64,000 nt of DNA from Dendrobates tinctorius (GCF_039654945.1 NW_027361830.1:1-64000); one strand, 5' to 3'; numbered from the stretch's first letter, positions 1-13,134 are shown. Numbers and translations are program-made. Notes: generated by a model not told the origin, from the letters alone.

Positions 1-260
1 CAGCAGAGTTGCTTTCAAAGTAGTTGTTTGCATGTTATATGAGGCCAAAGAGTCTAGATGTAATATACAGTGGGAATGGAAAGTATTCAGACCCCATTAA
101 ATTTTTCACTTTGTTTCATTACAGCCATTTGGCAAGTTCATTTTTTTCTCATTAATGTACACTTTGCACCCCATCTTGCCTGAATAAACAGAAATTTTTG
201 CAAATTTATTATAAAAGAAAAACTGAATCTCACATGGTCATAAGTATTCAGACCCTTTGC

Positions 261-872
261 TCAGTATTGAGTAGAAGCACCCTTTTGAGCTAGTACAGCC
301 ATGAGTCTTCTTGGGAGGGGTGATGCAACAAGTTTTTCACACCTGGATTTGGGGATCCTCTGCCATTCTGCCTTGCAGATCCTCTCCAGTTCCATCAGGT
401 TGGATGATGAACGTTGGTGGACAGCCATTTTCAGGTCTTTCCAGAGATGCTCAATTGGGCTTAGGTCAGGGCTTTTGCTGGGCCAGTCAAGAATGGTCAC
501 AGAGTTGTTCTGAAGCCACTCCTTTGTTATTTTATCTGTGTGCTTAGGGTCATTGTCTTGTTGGAAGGTGAACCTTCGGCCATGTCTGAGGTCCAGAGCG
601 CTCTGGAAGAGGTTTTCATCCAGGATATCTCTGTACTTGGCCGCATTCATGTTTCCTTCAATGGCAATCAGTCGTCCCGTCCCTGCAGCTGAAGAACACC
701 CCCATAGCATGATGCTGACACCACCATGTTTCACTTTTGGGATTGTATTGGGCAGGTGATGAGCAGTGCCTGGTTTTCTCCACACAAACCACTTAAAATT
801 ATCACCAAAAAGTTCTATCTTTGTCTCATCAGACCAGAGAATCTTATTTCTCATAGTCTGGGAGTCCTTCAT
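261..872 (-). pseudogene. Tc1 transposase DDE-domain remnant
   Basis: ORF track translation has the Tc1 DD34E motifs; the N-terminal half is frameshifted and split by the MITE at 1053-1400. Confidence 0.85.
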
Positions 873-1052
873 GTGTTTTTTTTTTTAGCAAACTCTATGC
901 GGGCTTTCATATGTCTTGCACTGAGGAGAAGCTTCCGTCGGGCCACTCAGCCATAAAGGCCTGACTGGTGGAGGGCTGCAGTGATAGATGATTTTGTGGA
1001 ACTTTCTCCCATCTCCCTACTGCATCTGTGGAGCTCAGCCACAGTGATCTTA

Positions 1053-1400
1053 GGGTGTGTGCAGACGCTGCGGAATCCACTGCGGATTAATCCGCACGGA
1101 TTTTGCAAAAACCGCAGATAAACCGCAGGTCAAAAGACCTGCGGATTATCTGCGGTTTGGTCCTGCGGATTCACCATCTCCACAATGGTGGAGATAGGAA
1201 CCCGCTGCGGATTCCACAGAAAGAATTGACATGTCACTTCTTTCTGCGGTTTCAAAACCGCAGCAAATCCGCGCGGATTTTTCCGCAACGTCTACACAGC
1301 GTTTTTTTGTTACCATTCATTTGAATGGTACTGTACACCGCAGCTAAAACTGCTGCGGGTCCGCAGCGGCCAGCGGAATCCGCAGCGTGTGCACATACCC
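1053..1400. mobile_element. PIF/Harbinger-type (Tourist-like) MITE nested in Tc1
   Basis: TTA|GGGTGTGTGCAGACGCTGCGGA...TCCGCAGCGTGTGCACATACCC|TTA; 3-bp TTA target duplication. Same family at 11453-11769 and 52008-52385. Confidence 0.85.
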
Positions 1401-2249
1401 TTAGGGTTCTTCTTTACCTCTCTAACCACGGCTTTTCTCCCACGATTGCTCAGTTTGCCTGGACAGCCAGGTCTAGGAAGACTTCTGATGGTCCCAAAAT
1501 TCTTCCATTTAAGGATTATGGAGGCCACTGTGGTCTTGGGAAACTTGAGTACTGCAGAAATTCTTTTGTAACCTGGGCCAGGTCTGTGCCTTGCCACAAT
1601 TCTGTCTCTGAGCTCCAAGTAAAAAATGAACTTTTTTGAATTTACCAAATAGCTGAAATGAAATAGTGAAAAAATTTAAAGGGGTCTGAATACTTTCCCA
1701 CTGTAATAGACTCTAGTCTATGGCAAGATATCCGTATATCAGCGCGTTCACAGGACTGAAGCGTATAGATAAGCATATGGTCCACAAGCTGGAAAGCCCT
1801 TGCTGTCTGCTGTTATCAGGCTGCAAGTCTGGTCATCGCAAACCCTAATCTAAGGCCGGGTGCCCATGATCCGGAACTAGCAGCGCTTTGGAAGCAGTGT
1901 ATTTGCTGCGTCCAAAGCGCTGCTGTCTATTGAACGCAGGTGATTACGTATGTGGTCACTGAACCGTGCGGATTCACCCCATCCAATACATTGTATGGGT
2001 GAAATTTCTCTTGTGGAAACTAACATCTTGAAAGACGCGGCACATATCAGTCTCCGTGGGTGAGCCATGGCCATCTCTGGATGCATGGTGGGCATGGATT
2101 CCATCCACTATGCTGTTGAGACCAGCTGTTATGACGTCTCCTATGCACAAAAGCAGAGGGCTTCTGACTTCTTTCTCTGTTTTGCACTTATTCAGAAGTC
2201 ACAGAAGCAGCAGGAGATTGATTAGGGTATGTGCAGACTTTCAGTATTA

Positions 2250-2648
2250 GGCTATGTGCACACGTTGCGGATTTTGATGCGAATCTGCAGCGTTTTTTGA
2301 CGTGCGGAATTGCATCAAATCCGCAGTGTAGTGCACAGGTAATGTTAGTGTATGGTACACATGCTGCGGAAAAATCCACGCAGATTTTCAGCGATCTTTT
2401 TTTTTTTTTTCCCCCGTAGCACACAATTCTTTTTGGAGATCCGCAGCAGGGTTTTTTATTTTACTCTTGCACGTATATTCATTCTCTCTCTCTCTCGCTC
2501 TCGTACCACGGAACAAATCTGCACAGGAAAAACGCATTAAAATCTGCACGAAAACTGCATCAATTCCTCAAGCATTTTGCACTGCGTTTTCTGCCAAGAG
2601 ATGCTGATGCGGATTCCGCAGGCTAATCTGCAATGTGTGCACATACCC
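2250..2648. mobile_element. TWA-target MITE nested in an older MITE (about 2225-3000)
   Basis: TTA|GGCTATGTGCACACG...ATGTGTGCACATACCC|TTA; the outer element starts GGGTATGTGCAGAC at 2225 and ends near GGGAACACAACC at 3000. Confidence 0.7.
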
Positions 2649-3319
2649 TTAGTCAGCACTTTGGATGCAGCACATGTCCACTGTGTCCAAAGCGCTGCCG
2701 GCTATTGAACGCAGGTGATTCCGCTTGTGTTCATTGAACCGTGTGGAATCACCGCGTCCAATACATTGTATGGGTAAAATTTCTCTTGTGGAGGCTCGTG
2801 CTTCCACAAGATAAATTGACATGCTGCGGTCTGGAAAGACACTCCACATGTCGGTCTCCACGGGTGATCTGTGGGCCTCTGTGCACCCATAGTGGACATG
2901 GGATTTCTTGAAAATCCCATCCACTGTGCTGTAACATCTGGACACTGCGGATGTATGCAGCTTCCAACCCGCAGCGTTTACTGACCATGGGAACACAACC
3001 TTCTGCAACAGTGCTGAGCTGTGTAGCTGTGTGTCCAACTCTGAAAGATGCCAAATTGCTCATTAACTGCAGCACAATCTACTTGTCTATGCCACTTTAT
3101 ATCTGCTCACTCTTTCCTCATTACTCTTTGCCATATATAAAAAGAGATGTAACTTGGCACCTCACTTTTCTGGCTGACCAAGACGGTTTTGATCTATTTT
3201 TCAGAGTATTCGTAAGTCTAGGAGGAAGGGAAGAGGTGCAGTGATAAGATGTGTTATAAAGTTTTTTGTATTCGCTTATATTATTGATGTATGCATTTTG
3301 TTGAAATCACCGGGACTAT

Positions 3320-3850
3320 TTAAAGAGGACCTGTCACTTTCTCAAATTGAGTAAAATACCTTGTAAAAATCCATAAACTTCCCTTGAGTCTGCTGCTTTT
3401 TTCCTGTTTGTGCTGCATCACTCCATTGCAGAGATTTTTCACATTAGATGTTTTTGGAGATCAGTATGTGAAATTTCTCCTTGCAACCATACTGGATGTT
3501 TTTTCAGTCTTTTCTGGCGGGATGTGCTTGTACTCATTTCTCCCAAATGCGGCCATTCCACAACTCTGCACCATCTGAGACTGCTAGTTCGGCTGCCGAG
3601 CTGTGATTGTCAGTGTCTGGGAAGGGTGAAAACTCATTTTCCCAGAGAAGACTTTTAATAAATGCCAAGTTGAACGACAAGCAGAGATTTCACCTATTGT
3701 GCTCCAAAAGCAACAATTCTTTGCAAAGGAACAACACAAAAATTGAGAAAAGCATCAGTATCACTGGAGCATAGGGATTTTTACAAGGCATTTAACTATT
3801 GTTTTTTTTTTTGTTGTTTTTTTTTTGATCAAGTGACCAATCCTCTTTAA
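3320..3850. mobile_element. TTAA-target (T2/Kolobok-like) MITE, degenerate
   Basis: TTAAAGAGGACCTGTCACTT...AAGTGACCAATCCTCTTTAA inverted termini. Confidence 0.6.
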
Positions 3851-4387
3851 TGTTTTGTTTTTAGTTGCTATGGGCCGCAAAACAGTTTTTATTTTTAGAC
3901 TGTTTTAATTAACGTGCCCAATTGTGTCTGAGCAACTCTTTTAATTGCATAATGGTCTTTAGAAGCTTATTTGAATAGTACAAAAAATAAAGATATAAGA
4001 AAGTATTTCTAATAAAAAATAGCCTTTGCTACCTTTTATACTGGGTCTCTTTACCCTATAATCTAGCTAGCTGACTTTTGTGACATTCCTAAATTATATA
4101 TGAAATGTTTTTGGTGCATTTTTCTGTTCCTTTTCTAAAGATTTAAGGCTGGCGCTGTGCATTTTTAAGAAATGTCTTCCCTGGGAAGAAAATTGTGAAA
4201 CTAAAGTAGTTGAAATTGTGTAGAAAAGGTCAGCTGTTTTTTGGGGGAAATATATTTAGGAATTATTTTGTTTTTTTTTGTTTTTTTGTTTTTTTTTCTG
4301 CAAAATCCTGTTTTGTATCCTGTTTACACTAACATTTTCCTTAGTTCTATTGTTTTTTTATCTTTTAAAACCCATAAGAAAAGAGAC

Positions 4388-4809
4388 TTAAAGGGAATCT
4401 GTCAGCAGGTTTTTGCAACCTCATCTGAGAGTAGCATGATGTAGAGAAAGAGACCCAGATTGTAACGATGTGTCACTTAGGCTACTGGGTGCAGCCTTTC
4501 TGACACAGAGCTTTTAGATTTAGCAATGCAGAAAAGATCAGAACGCTAACCCCGCCCACACCACAACTCTTTATGTACATTGTCAATAGACGGTGAGCTG
4601 CTTATCACAGAATGGGCGGAGTCTGACCAGGAGGCAAGCTGTCTTGTAGGCTGGACAATGATAATCACAAGGTGATAAAACCTTGATTGTCAATAAACAG
4701 CATACAGCTGGACATGTGACACATCATTGAATTTTGTGTTTTAACTCTTAACTCATGCTGTCCTCTGATTGCCCTACATGGCAAAATACAGCCGACAGAT
4801 TTCCATTAA
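4388..4809. mobile_element. TTAA-target (T2/Kolobok-like) MITE
   Basis: TTAAAGGGAATCTGTCAGCAGG...GACAGATTTCCATTAA; a related copy lies at 15713-16053. Confidence 0.65.
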
Positions 4810-6578
4810 TAAAGTACGGTATGCATTTAACTGAGCAGGCATGGTTAGATCTACTACTCTAATTTCTGTTCCATAGGGCTCCTGGAAGTGATGCTGTCAT
4901 CCTGTAGACATTGCTTGAGAACGCATACATGGGATTGGAGTCTCACAAGCCCACGCTCCCCGCTTACCTAACCCAAGTATTCTGCATTGTAGAAGTGGTT
5001 TGGGTAATAGGTTTTTTTTCTGTTCTAAATTCTACATCCATAAATCCCAACAGATGCTGATTTAGTAAATGTACCAGAATCTCAAATAGGTAATATATGA
5101 TGAATAAAAAAGAAGTTCTCAAATGTTGGTGTCTGAAAACCTGATTAGCCTGTGGAAAGTGACAGTATATGAGACGGCCTGTGGATGTGAGCCCACTTTA
5201 ACTGACTCGCACTAATGACTTTGACAATGCGGGATGTGTATTTATCTTGGGAATGGAGCAGGTGCCTGGTGCAGACACGAGCACGGAATAAGCTTTTCTT
5301 GGTACGAGATGATAGAACACAGCAAGACTTGTTTAACAGGACATTTCCATTTCCTCAGATGAACCTTCAAATTGTCTTGGAAATGCTTAACACATTTCTA
5401 ATGAGCTGATATAAAGCCAGGCTGTGCCAACTGCACTGACACTGTCGGCATCCACACATTTCTTCAACAAACTGCATTTTCTATCACTTTTTATCACATA
5501 TATGATTATTAGATACAGGCATGACTACCCTTGCTGTAGCTTTGTTGTGACTGTGTGATGTTAAAATGACGCCAATGATTTCGCTACTAAACCTCCAGAT
5601 TTAAAAATTGTATTTTTTTTTCTAGTTCAGTTTTTATTTATTTTGTTCTTTTTTATGTTTTGATTTCACGGTTATCTTGCAAATAGCTTTAGCATCAATT
5701 TTCGAATTCACCGTAAATTAATGAATGTCCTTTGTCCTCCCTGATCGTTTCAACAGGCAATGTGTTGACACTAATTGACACTTAACCACACAATTAATTC
5801 AGTCTTCATTTACTTAGCACATTAGCAGAATCCATACTGGTGCTTCACTCTGCAAAGCCTTTTTTTTCAGTACATGCTAGTGGAGGGATAGAAAAAAAAA
5901 AAGAAAAAAATCATATATACATATGTTTATGCATATTTGCCTCTATAATGCTCAGAGTACTAGATCAGTGAGATATTTATTTGCAAGTGAAATCCTCATT
6001 TTACTTACCATTCATATGCCTCATATTTGTCTCATGTACTAAGCCCACTACATTTTGATCTATATCTGATCCTTGTCCAGTCATTACTGTTAGTCAAGAT
6101 GAATAGCCTTCAGCAGATAATTTTCATTCAAATTGAACTCACCAGTTTTATTCTGCCGTACAAGTCAATACTGTAAAGGACACGGTAATGTCTATATATG
6201 ACTGAAGCTGTTGAGACTAAGGAGACTATAGCCAGTCCAGCCATTGCATTCTATGCTCAGATCGTGAATTTCAAGCACGTGAAAAAAGCCTAAAGCTTTA
6301 CTTAATATTTTAGTGGAAGCTCGTGAGCCTTCCCAAGCATGGTGGCCATGTTGTACCCATTTATGGGGGAGATGTGTTCCAAGAATGTGCACACAGCTCT
6401 CAACTTCTATTTGGGCTGTAAAATAGCAGACACGGTTCCTTAGTGTTTCCCTTCTTCTTGCAGTGAATGTGTCCAGAGAACAACCTTATTGGATTCCGTT
6501 TTGCTGTTGCTGACATAATGGCCATACTGCCATACAACAGTGATGTAGCCATTTTTAATTCATAGCTCCATTCTCAAC

Positions 6579-7032
6579 TTAAAGAAGTATGGTACTCCCA
6601 ACAAAAATGTTATCCTCTTAATATAGTGCAGTGATCATCTTATATGGCGCTGTGTACTTACAATTGCTCATTTTGCCTTTCTACCCATATAATGCTGCTT
6701 TTTTCCATAAGGTCTATATCACGTGATTAAGAACTGACTAGCTGAATCCTTCTAAGCTCTATGTAGAAACAGGAGGTCCTTTTTGTCTGCACATGTCATG
6801 AGTCACTGCAAAAGTCTATGACTGGGGTAGGCGCGGAGCAGCTCGTTCCGAAGTTGAAGAGGGAGATGATTTCTGTAGGGACAAATAACTTTGTGTTTCT
6901 ACATAGAGAAAAGAGGAGAATTATCTGGGTAGAAAGGCAAAATGAACAATTGTAAGTACACAGTGCTATAGAATATGATGACTGCAATATATTAAGAGGA
7001 TAAAAACTTTGATGGGAAGAGTGCTTCTTTAA
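6579..7032. mobile_element. TTAA-target foldback MITE
   Basis: TTAAAGAAGTATGGTACTCCCA...TGGGAAGAGTGCTTCTTTAA with long imperfect inverted arms (GCTGTGTACTTACAATTGCTCATTTTGCC / GGCAAAATGAACAATTGTAAGTACACAGT). Confidence 0.65.
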
Positions 7033-7320
7033 AGATTTATGACTGGTGAATGACTTTTCCCTCCTAGAATGAGGCGGTGATATACTGTCTAGCATTGGAA
7101 TAATATGACAGAAATGAATTGATGCCGCATTCTTTTATCTAAATGTGAATCTACGGTATTTTATTGTGAAAGATTGGAATGTTCTGATTGGAGTCTGTTG
7201 GTTGCTGCGCTTGACGTTCCTATATGGATTATGAGATTGCATGTAATTCTTTATGTTCCATTTTCTGAATAATTACATTTATGTAGGAACTAATATAAAT
7301 TATCTTAATGCAGAGGGTAA

Positions 7321-7735
7321 GGGCCCCGTCACACACAGCGATCTCGCTAGCGAGATCGCTGATTTTGTGACACATCAGCGATCTCGCCAGCGAGATCGCT
7401 GTGACAGGGATCAGTGACCGGCCCCCCTGCCGGTTATCGCTGATCGTGCTCAAGCGGCCTGGGCCGTTTTTCGATCACTGGTCTCCCGCTGGCCAGCATG
7501 CATTGCTGTGTGTGGCAGCGAGAGACCAGCGATCAGCTACGCTGGACGCTGGTTTCTAATGTAAACGTCGGGTATCCAGGAGCCGCGGCTCCTGGATACC
7601 CGACGTTTACATTAGAAACCAGCGTCCAGCATCGCTGGTCCTGATCGCTGGGGCTGTCTATCGATGTCCCAGCGATCCCATCCATGTCGGATCGTTGGTG
7701 GGATCGCTGGGACATTGTTATGTGTGACGGGGTTC
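7321..7735. mobile_element. TWA-target MITE with an internal 90-bp perfect palindrome
   Basis: TAA|GGGCCCCGTCACACA...TGTGTGACGGGGTTC|TTA; palindrome at 7541-7630. Confidence 0.75.
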
Positions 7736-8374
7736 TTAAGTCAGAAGGATTTCTGTGGGATGCCCTCTACTACAAATCTCCTGTACATCATCACAAGTGA
7801 TCATCAGTACATAGAATTGGAACGTGTCTATTTTGGCCACAATTTTTTGATCCCAGGTCAGGTTACAACAGCCAGAATCGGAACCATTGCCTATCCTAGG
7901 TAGTTCTCGTCCATTTTCAATCCTGTGGGGAAAAGACATTTCAATGTGGATCCTAATATATTGTCAGAATTTATTGGAATTGTTTCATCTCACAATTAGA
8001 GATAAATTGTATTAAGTGTCTTCCTATTAGCAAGCATCTGATTTTCATTAAGCGCTCATTAGTGCTACCCACTGTATGTTTACACTGCAACACAATTTTG
8101 GAGGATGTTGATGAGATTTTCTGAAAGCTTTTAATTGAGTGGAGTGCAACTTTGGTGTTCAAGCATGGCAGTAATATACACATTTACTGGATGGTTCATT
8201 CTATGCAAGGCTCGAGTAGTATGTGTTGGGAATTACTGCATCAGAACCTATAACTACGGTATATATATCAGGTATGTTTCATATTGTATAGATCAGGGGT
8301 CTCAAACTCGGCAGAGTAAATGTGACGCACATAAAAAAAATTGAGCTGGCGGGCCGCATTCCTTTCAAACTTAT

Positions 8375-8657
8375 TACACCTCATACACACACGGCTCCGC
8401 TCCGTACACCTCGTACACACATGGCTCCACTCCGTACACCTCGTGTACACACGGCTCCGCTCCGTACACCTCATACACACACGGTTGCACTCCTTACACC
8501 TTGTACACACACAGCTCCACTTCGTACACCTCGCACACACACGGCTCTACTCCATACACATTGTACACACACGGCTCTGCTCCATACACATTGTACACAC
8601 ATGGCTCTGCTCTGTACACCTCGTACACACGCGGCTCTGCTCCGTACACCTCGTACC
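8375..8657. repeat. 30-bp minisatellite, about 9 copies
   Basis: Tandem TACACCTCGTACACACACGGCTCCGCTCCG variants; they explain the repetitive ORFs at 8268-8772. Confidence 0.9.
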
Positions 8658-8741
8658 CATACACACACACACAGCTCTGCACACCCATGGCTCTGCTACA
8701 TCCACCCTTTAAACCCCTCCTGACCCCACACATTAGCTTAC

Positions 8742-10161
8742 TGTGACGAACGACCCACCGACGTTCGTCCAAATACGGAGGCGACTAACGGGGGTCCCGC
8801 TGCCACCAAAACGCGACGGACAGCGGACCCTGTGTCACCACTATGTCACAGTCCCACCACTGACACGGGTGTATCAGCGGACGGAGGGACGAGACACAAT
8901 GCCGGCACACGGCTATCACAGGCACAGTTGGGGCTTATCTTAGTTATCCCACCACTGGCACCATGTGACAAAAATATCCAGCAAGCTACTCTCGCTCTAC
9001 AATTTGCCACAGGGGGAGTTTAATTTGGATGCCCCACCACTGCTATCAATCTTCCAAGTACTGTGGGGATTTATGTATATCCCACTTTCTCAGTTCCACT
9101 TTGGAACTCGCAGCTCTCCGGCGCCCCCCTTACCCTCAGGTCAGTCAGGGAACTGCACCTAGGATAATTAGTCACCGGACGGGCTGCCTGTTGTGAACCG
9201 GCAATTAGGCTTCTGCAGTAAGGGAATTATCAATGCTGTGGCCGCAGCCCCTTATTCAGCAATATAAGACCCTTCTGTACTGCCAGCAAGCTGCAATAGC
9301 CATACACAACGCGCTGCCACCAGTCACGGTTACTTAATTCACAGTGTTAAATTAAGAGGGTCCGTGGCAAACCCCTTGAATTAGTAGCGATTATCAAAGG
9401 CGTATAGTTCGATTCTTAGAACATGGAGACAGGCTAAATATTAAATCATTTATTTTCCGAAAGAGGACAGTGATTACAGATAAAAGTTGCTATAAAATTG
9501 AGACATAAAATATGTACATTAGACAAGTATAAAACAAAGTGGATGAAAGAAGAAGGTACACTCACATTTAGTCAGTTGTTAGGCATCCCATGTGGCTTTA
9601 AGGGGGGTGGAGGCGGAGCTGCACGTCTCCACTCATCTGGGTTCTGCTCAGCACGAGGATTGGAGCTCTTCTGAGCTGGTTTTGCCAGGGAATGCCTTAT
9701 AGACTTTCCTATGTGACATCACGGAGAGGTGCATTCTGGGTTGATCCCACCTCTCTCATCCAAGTTATGTTTTGGCTACAAAACTTAGATTAGCTATAAC
9801 TTTATGGGAGAAGCTGGTATGGACTCATCAGTGGTATCATGTTTCCCAGCGTAATGAGCCCATCAAGAAAACATCAAACATCTATGCGATATGACCGTCC
9901 ATTTGGGAACAAATCATATCTCATGTTCTGGACAGGGTAGAACTTCGAAAGATACGCGGTATCGAAGCTGGGACCGCTCAGGTTACAAAAATATGATTTT
10001 CATATCTCTACTTGGTACGGTTTTCGCAGGGCAGGCTCTTAAAGGTTTACTTCTAACTCCTCATTTCAAACAAAGAGTTTTCCTTTCCCGCACTTTTTTT
10101 TCCCTCTTTCAGCTGAGGCTGAGAGAGGCCAAATGGTGTGGCAGGAAGTTGATTTATAACA
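8742..10161 (-). mobile_element. Possible solo LTR inserted in the hAT element
   Basis: Minus strand begins TGTTATAA and ends GTCACA. A TATA-like site near 9697 is followed by AATAAA near 9450 on the minus strand. No target duplication found. Confidence 0.35.
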
Positions 10162-10952
10162 TCTGGGGGGGAAGGGAAGCTGCTGCAGTGTGCAATGTAA
10201 CTGAGACACTGGCAGGCAGCTTCTTACAAAATGGAGGATTTTTAGCACATTGCAACAGAAAACATATCTTGCAGACATTGTACATCACACTTACCTTCAT
10301 CCAGCACCATGACAACCAGTACAGACAGCAGAGTCCTGCATACACTGAGGCCACTGATCATGTGACCCCTGACTCCTCCCCCTCCTGTGACCTCATCCCA
10401 GGTCCTGTGCAGTGTGAGCACACAGAACAGCCATAGCGCGCTCCTGAATGCGCGCCCTTCCCCCTGCCTCAGGGAGTGAGACGTGGTGCACCGCGGGCCG
10501 CAGATGCCTGCCTCAGGGGCCGCAGGCGAGCCGCGTGTTTGAGACCTCTGTTATAGATCGACTCTTGTAAATGAAGCATGTTGTCTGCACAGAGTCATGA
10601 TTTCTGTCATCTGAAATTAAATCTATAGAAGATGCATAATGAATTGAGAATCGATCTTTTGGAGTTGTTTTTCCTCAACCTGGTTTCATTTAATGGTGCC
10701 TAGAATTTAATAATAATAAATAATAAAATATACAGCAATGAAACCTGATGGTGGTTTGCTGTTGGGGAACATTATGGCTCTTTGATCTTCAGTAGACATT
10801 TGTGACAACTAGGTATATGTTGCGCATTGGTGGGAAGTCAGTTACTCCTATGAATTTTCCTTATGGTGCCTTAATAGGATCCTTGTATGTGACTTCCTAT
10901 TGAGGCCTGATTTATAGGCAACTGAAAGAAACTTAGACTAACGTTGAACTTG

Positions 10953-11414
10953 AAAAAACAAAAAAACTAAACTGGAGTAGAATTGAATGACATGCATGAT
11001 GTAAAAGCATGTTCACACTGGCCATAAAAGCAAGCAAAAACCAAAGGAAAAAACAATGTGTGTATATACCCTAATGAAAATAAATAAGTCAAAAGCAAGT
11101 GCATTAAATAACATAGGGTACTTGGTAAACACTATTTTGATCAAAAAAGTATAAAGCTGTCCCACCACGGCAAGGTGTACCCATTTGAGACAGTAACTAC
11201 ACTAACGGTTAAAACCACTATTCACACTAGGTAGGTTTTACCGTTAGTGTAGTTACTGTCTCAAATGGGTACACCTTGCCGTGGTGGGACAGCTTTATAC
11301 TTTTTGATCAAAATAGTGTTTACCAAGTACCCTATGCTATTTAATGCACTTGCTTTTTTACTTATTTATTTTCATTAGGGTATATACACACATTGTTTTT
11401 TCCTTTGGTTTTTG
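10953..11414. mobile_element. Non-coding inverted (foldback) insertion with 15-bp TSD, Penelope-type signature
   Basis: Arms 11033-11216 / 11234-11416; flanked by CTAACGTTGAACTTG at 10938-10952 and 11415-11429. Confidence 0.7.
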
Positions 11415-11452
11415 CTAACGTTGAACTTGGTCTTACGGTAGTGATACTTTAA

Positions 11453-11769
11453 GGGTGTGTGCACACGCTGCGGATTCTGCTGCGGAACCAGCTGCGTTGT
11501 ACAGTACCATTAAAATGAATGGAAAATGGAAACCGCAGTGCAGATGCTGCAGAATTTTCCGCGGTTTCAAATCCGCAGAAAGAATTGACATGTCAATTCT
11601 TTCTGCGGATTCCACTGCGTTTTGCCATCTGCTCCATTGTAGAGGTGATAAACCGCAGGGCAAAACCCCAGGCTAATCCGCAGATAAACCGCAGGTCTTC
11701 TGACCTGTGGATTTTACTAAATCGGCTCGGAAAAATCCGCAGACCATTCCGCAGCGTGTGCACACACCC
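11453..11769. mobile_element. PIF/Harbinger-type MITE
   Basis: GGGTGTGTGCACACGCTGCGGA...TCCGCAGCGTGTGCACACACCC TIRs with TAA/TTA flanks. Confidence 0.8.
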
Positions 11770-12621
11770 TTAGTCATCTGTTGTAATAGCTTTTGGCCCA
11801 GAATTATCAAGACTGGCATTTTGTTCATCAGTCTTGATGAAGTGTTCATTGATTAAAATGCACCAAAATCGTTAAGAAGTGCATATAATGAATTTGGCAG
11901 TTCTTTCAACTGCTGTTCACTACCACAAGAAATGTAACTCCAGTCGGGGACTGGAGTACACTTTTGTTATAATTTATACCACTTTTATGGCGTAAATATG
12001 TACTAATTTGCCGCACGTGCTCAACAACACCCCTCCCACCACCACAAAGCTCTGCCTGCTTTTCAAAAAAAAGCCAAATGTCATAACATTTTTGTACAAC
12101 TACAAGGTGAGCAAAAATGTTTCAATATTTCCATCAATTTTCCACCAAAAATTGCTGGATGTATAGAGTCTCACTAGACCATGTCAGGCATTGAAATAAG
12201 GCCAGAAAAACATGATCTTATTTGGTGGTGTTTGGTTTTTTTATTATTATGGTCAGTGGTAGGTATTTGCAAGATTTGGAAAGTATTGTCAAATGTCAAA
12301 CCTGTCACTAATCTCATAGTCACAGGTGGTGGCAAAGAATGATGGATAACCTGTCATTTGAAATTGAAAGGCGCTGTCATCAAGAATCTTCACAGCAGAC
12401 CATGAATGATATAACATGGAAAATGTCTGTCCAAAATCGGCATTGTATAGCCAAGTGTTTCAGTCATTTCTCCATTCCTGCCTGAAAACCGCATATTACA
12501 TTTTTCTCAAGTGTAGGATCCTCTAATGGGGACTCACACTACGATAACATAAATGACTTTTCTTTAGCGTAGGTCATCAATTTCAGATGAAAAAGGGGGA
12601 AGTATAGTGGAGATGATCTAA

Positions 12622-13134
12622 GGCTGGTTTCACATTAGCGCTTTTGTGCGCAGCGCATCATGCGCATGCGCACTGTGCACCTATGTTTAACATGACGTGC
12701 GCATGGTCTTGCGCACACTTGCGTTTTCGTGCGCATGCGTTTTTTCGTCTTGCACGCCAGGCGCAGCATGTTGCATTTTTTGGTCCGCCCTGTCTTGTCA
12801 AAAAAACGCATGCGCAAAAACAACACATTGAAGTCTATGGGAACGCATGCGTGCGCATGGTCTTGCGCACGCTTGCGTTTTTTGCGCATGCGTTTTTGAG
12901 GTAAACAAGTCTGGAATGTTCTCTAGACAATGGAAAAAATGTCACACCTAAAAACGCATGCGCATAAAAAAAGCATACGCATTTAAAACTCATGTAAAAC
13001 GCAAGCAACGCTGCGTTTTTTGACGCATCAGCGTGCGCATGACGCTAAAAAAAGCATTTGTTTTGCGTTTTTCATTGCATTTTTTATGTGCCCGATGCGC
13101 AACAGAACAAAAAACCGCTAATGTGAAACTATCC
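12622..13134. mobile_element. TWA-target MITE rich in (GCGCAT) motifs
   Basis: TAA|GGCTGGTTTCACATTAGCG...CGCTAATGTGAAACTATCC|TTA. Confidence 0.75.

Larger units (their letters stand above)
68..1703 (-). mobile_element. Decayed Tc1/mariner DNA transposon
   Basis: TA|CAGTGGGAA..AAAGTATTCAGACCCC at the left and GGGGTCTGAATACTTTCCCACTG|TA at the right. Minus-strand transposase pieces 261-872 (WSDETK, KHGG, FQQDND, SPDLSPIE) and 1310-1648 (HTH N-terminus). Interrupted by a MITE. Confidence 0.9.
8294..10550. mobile_element. Non-autonomous hAT-type element (composite)
   Basis: CAGGGGTCTCAAAC...GTTTGAGACCTCTG TIRs; 8-bp flanks GTATAGAT/TTATAGAT (7/8 match). Confidence 0.7.

Noticed and set aside
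8268-8772. His/Thr/Cys-rich repetitive ORFs on both strands
   Set aside because: Translations of the 30-bp minisatellite, with no splice or homology support.
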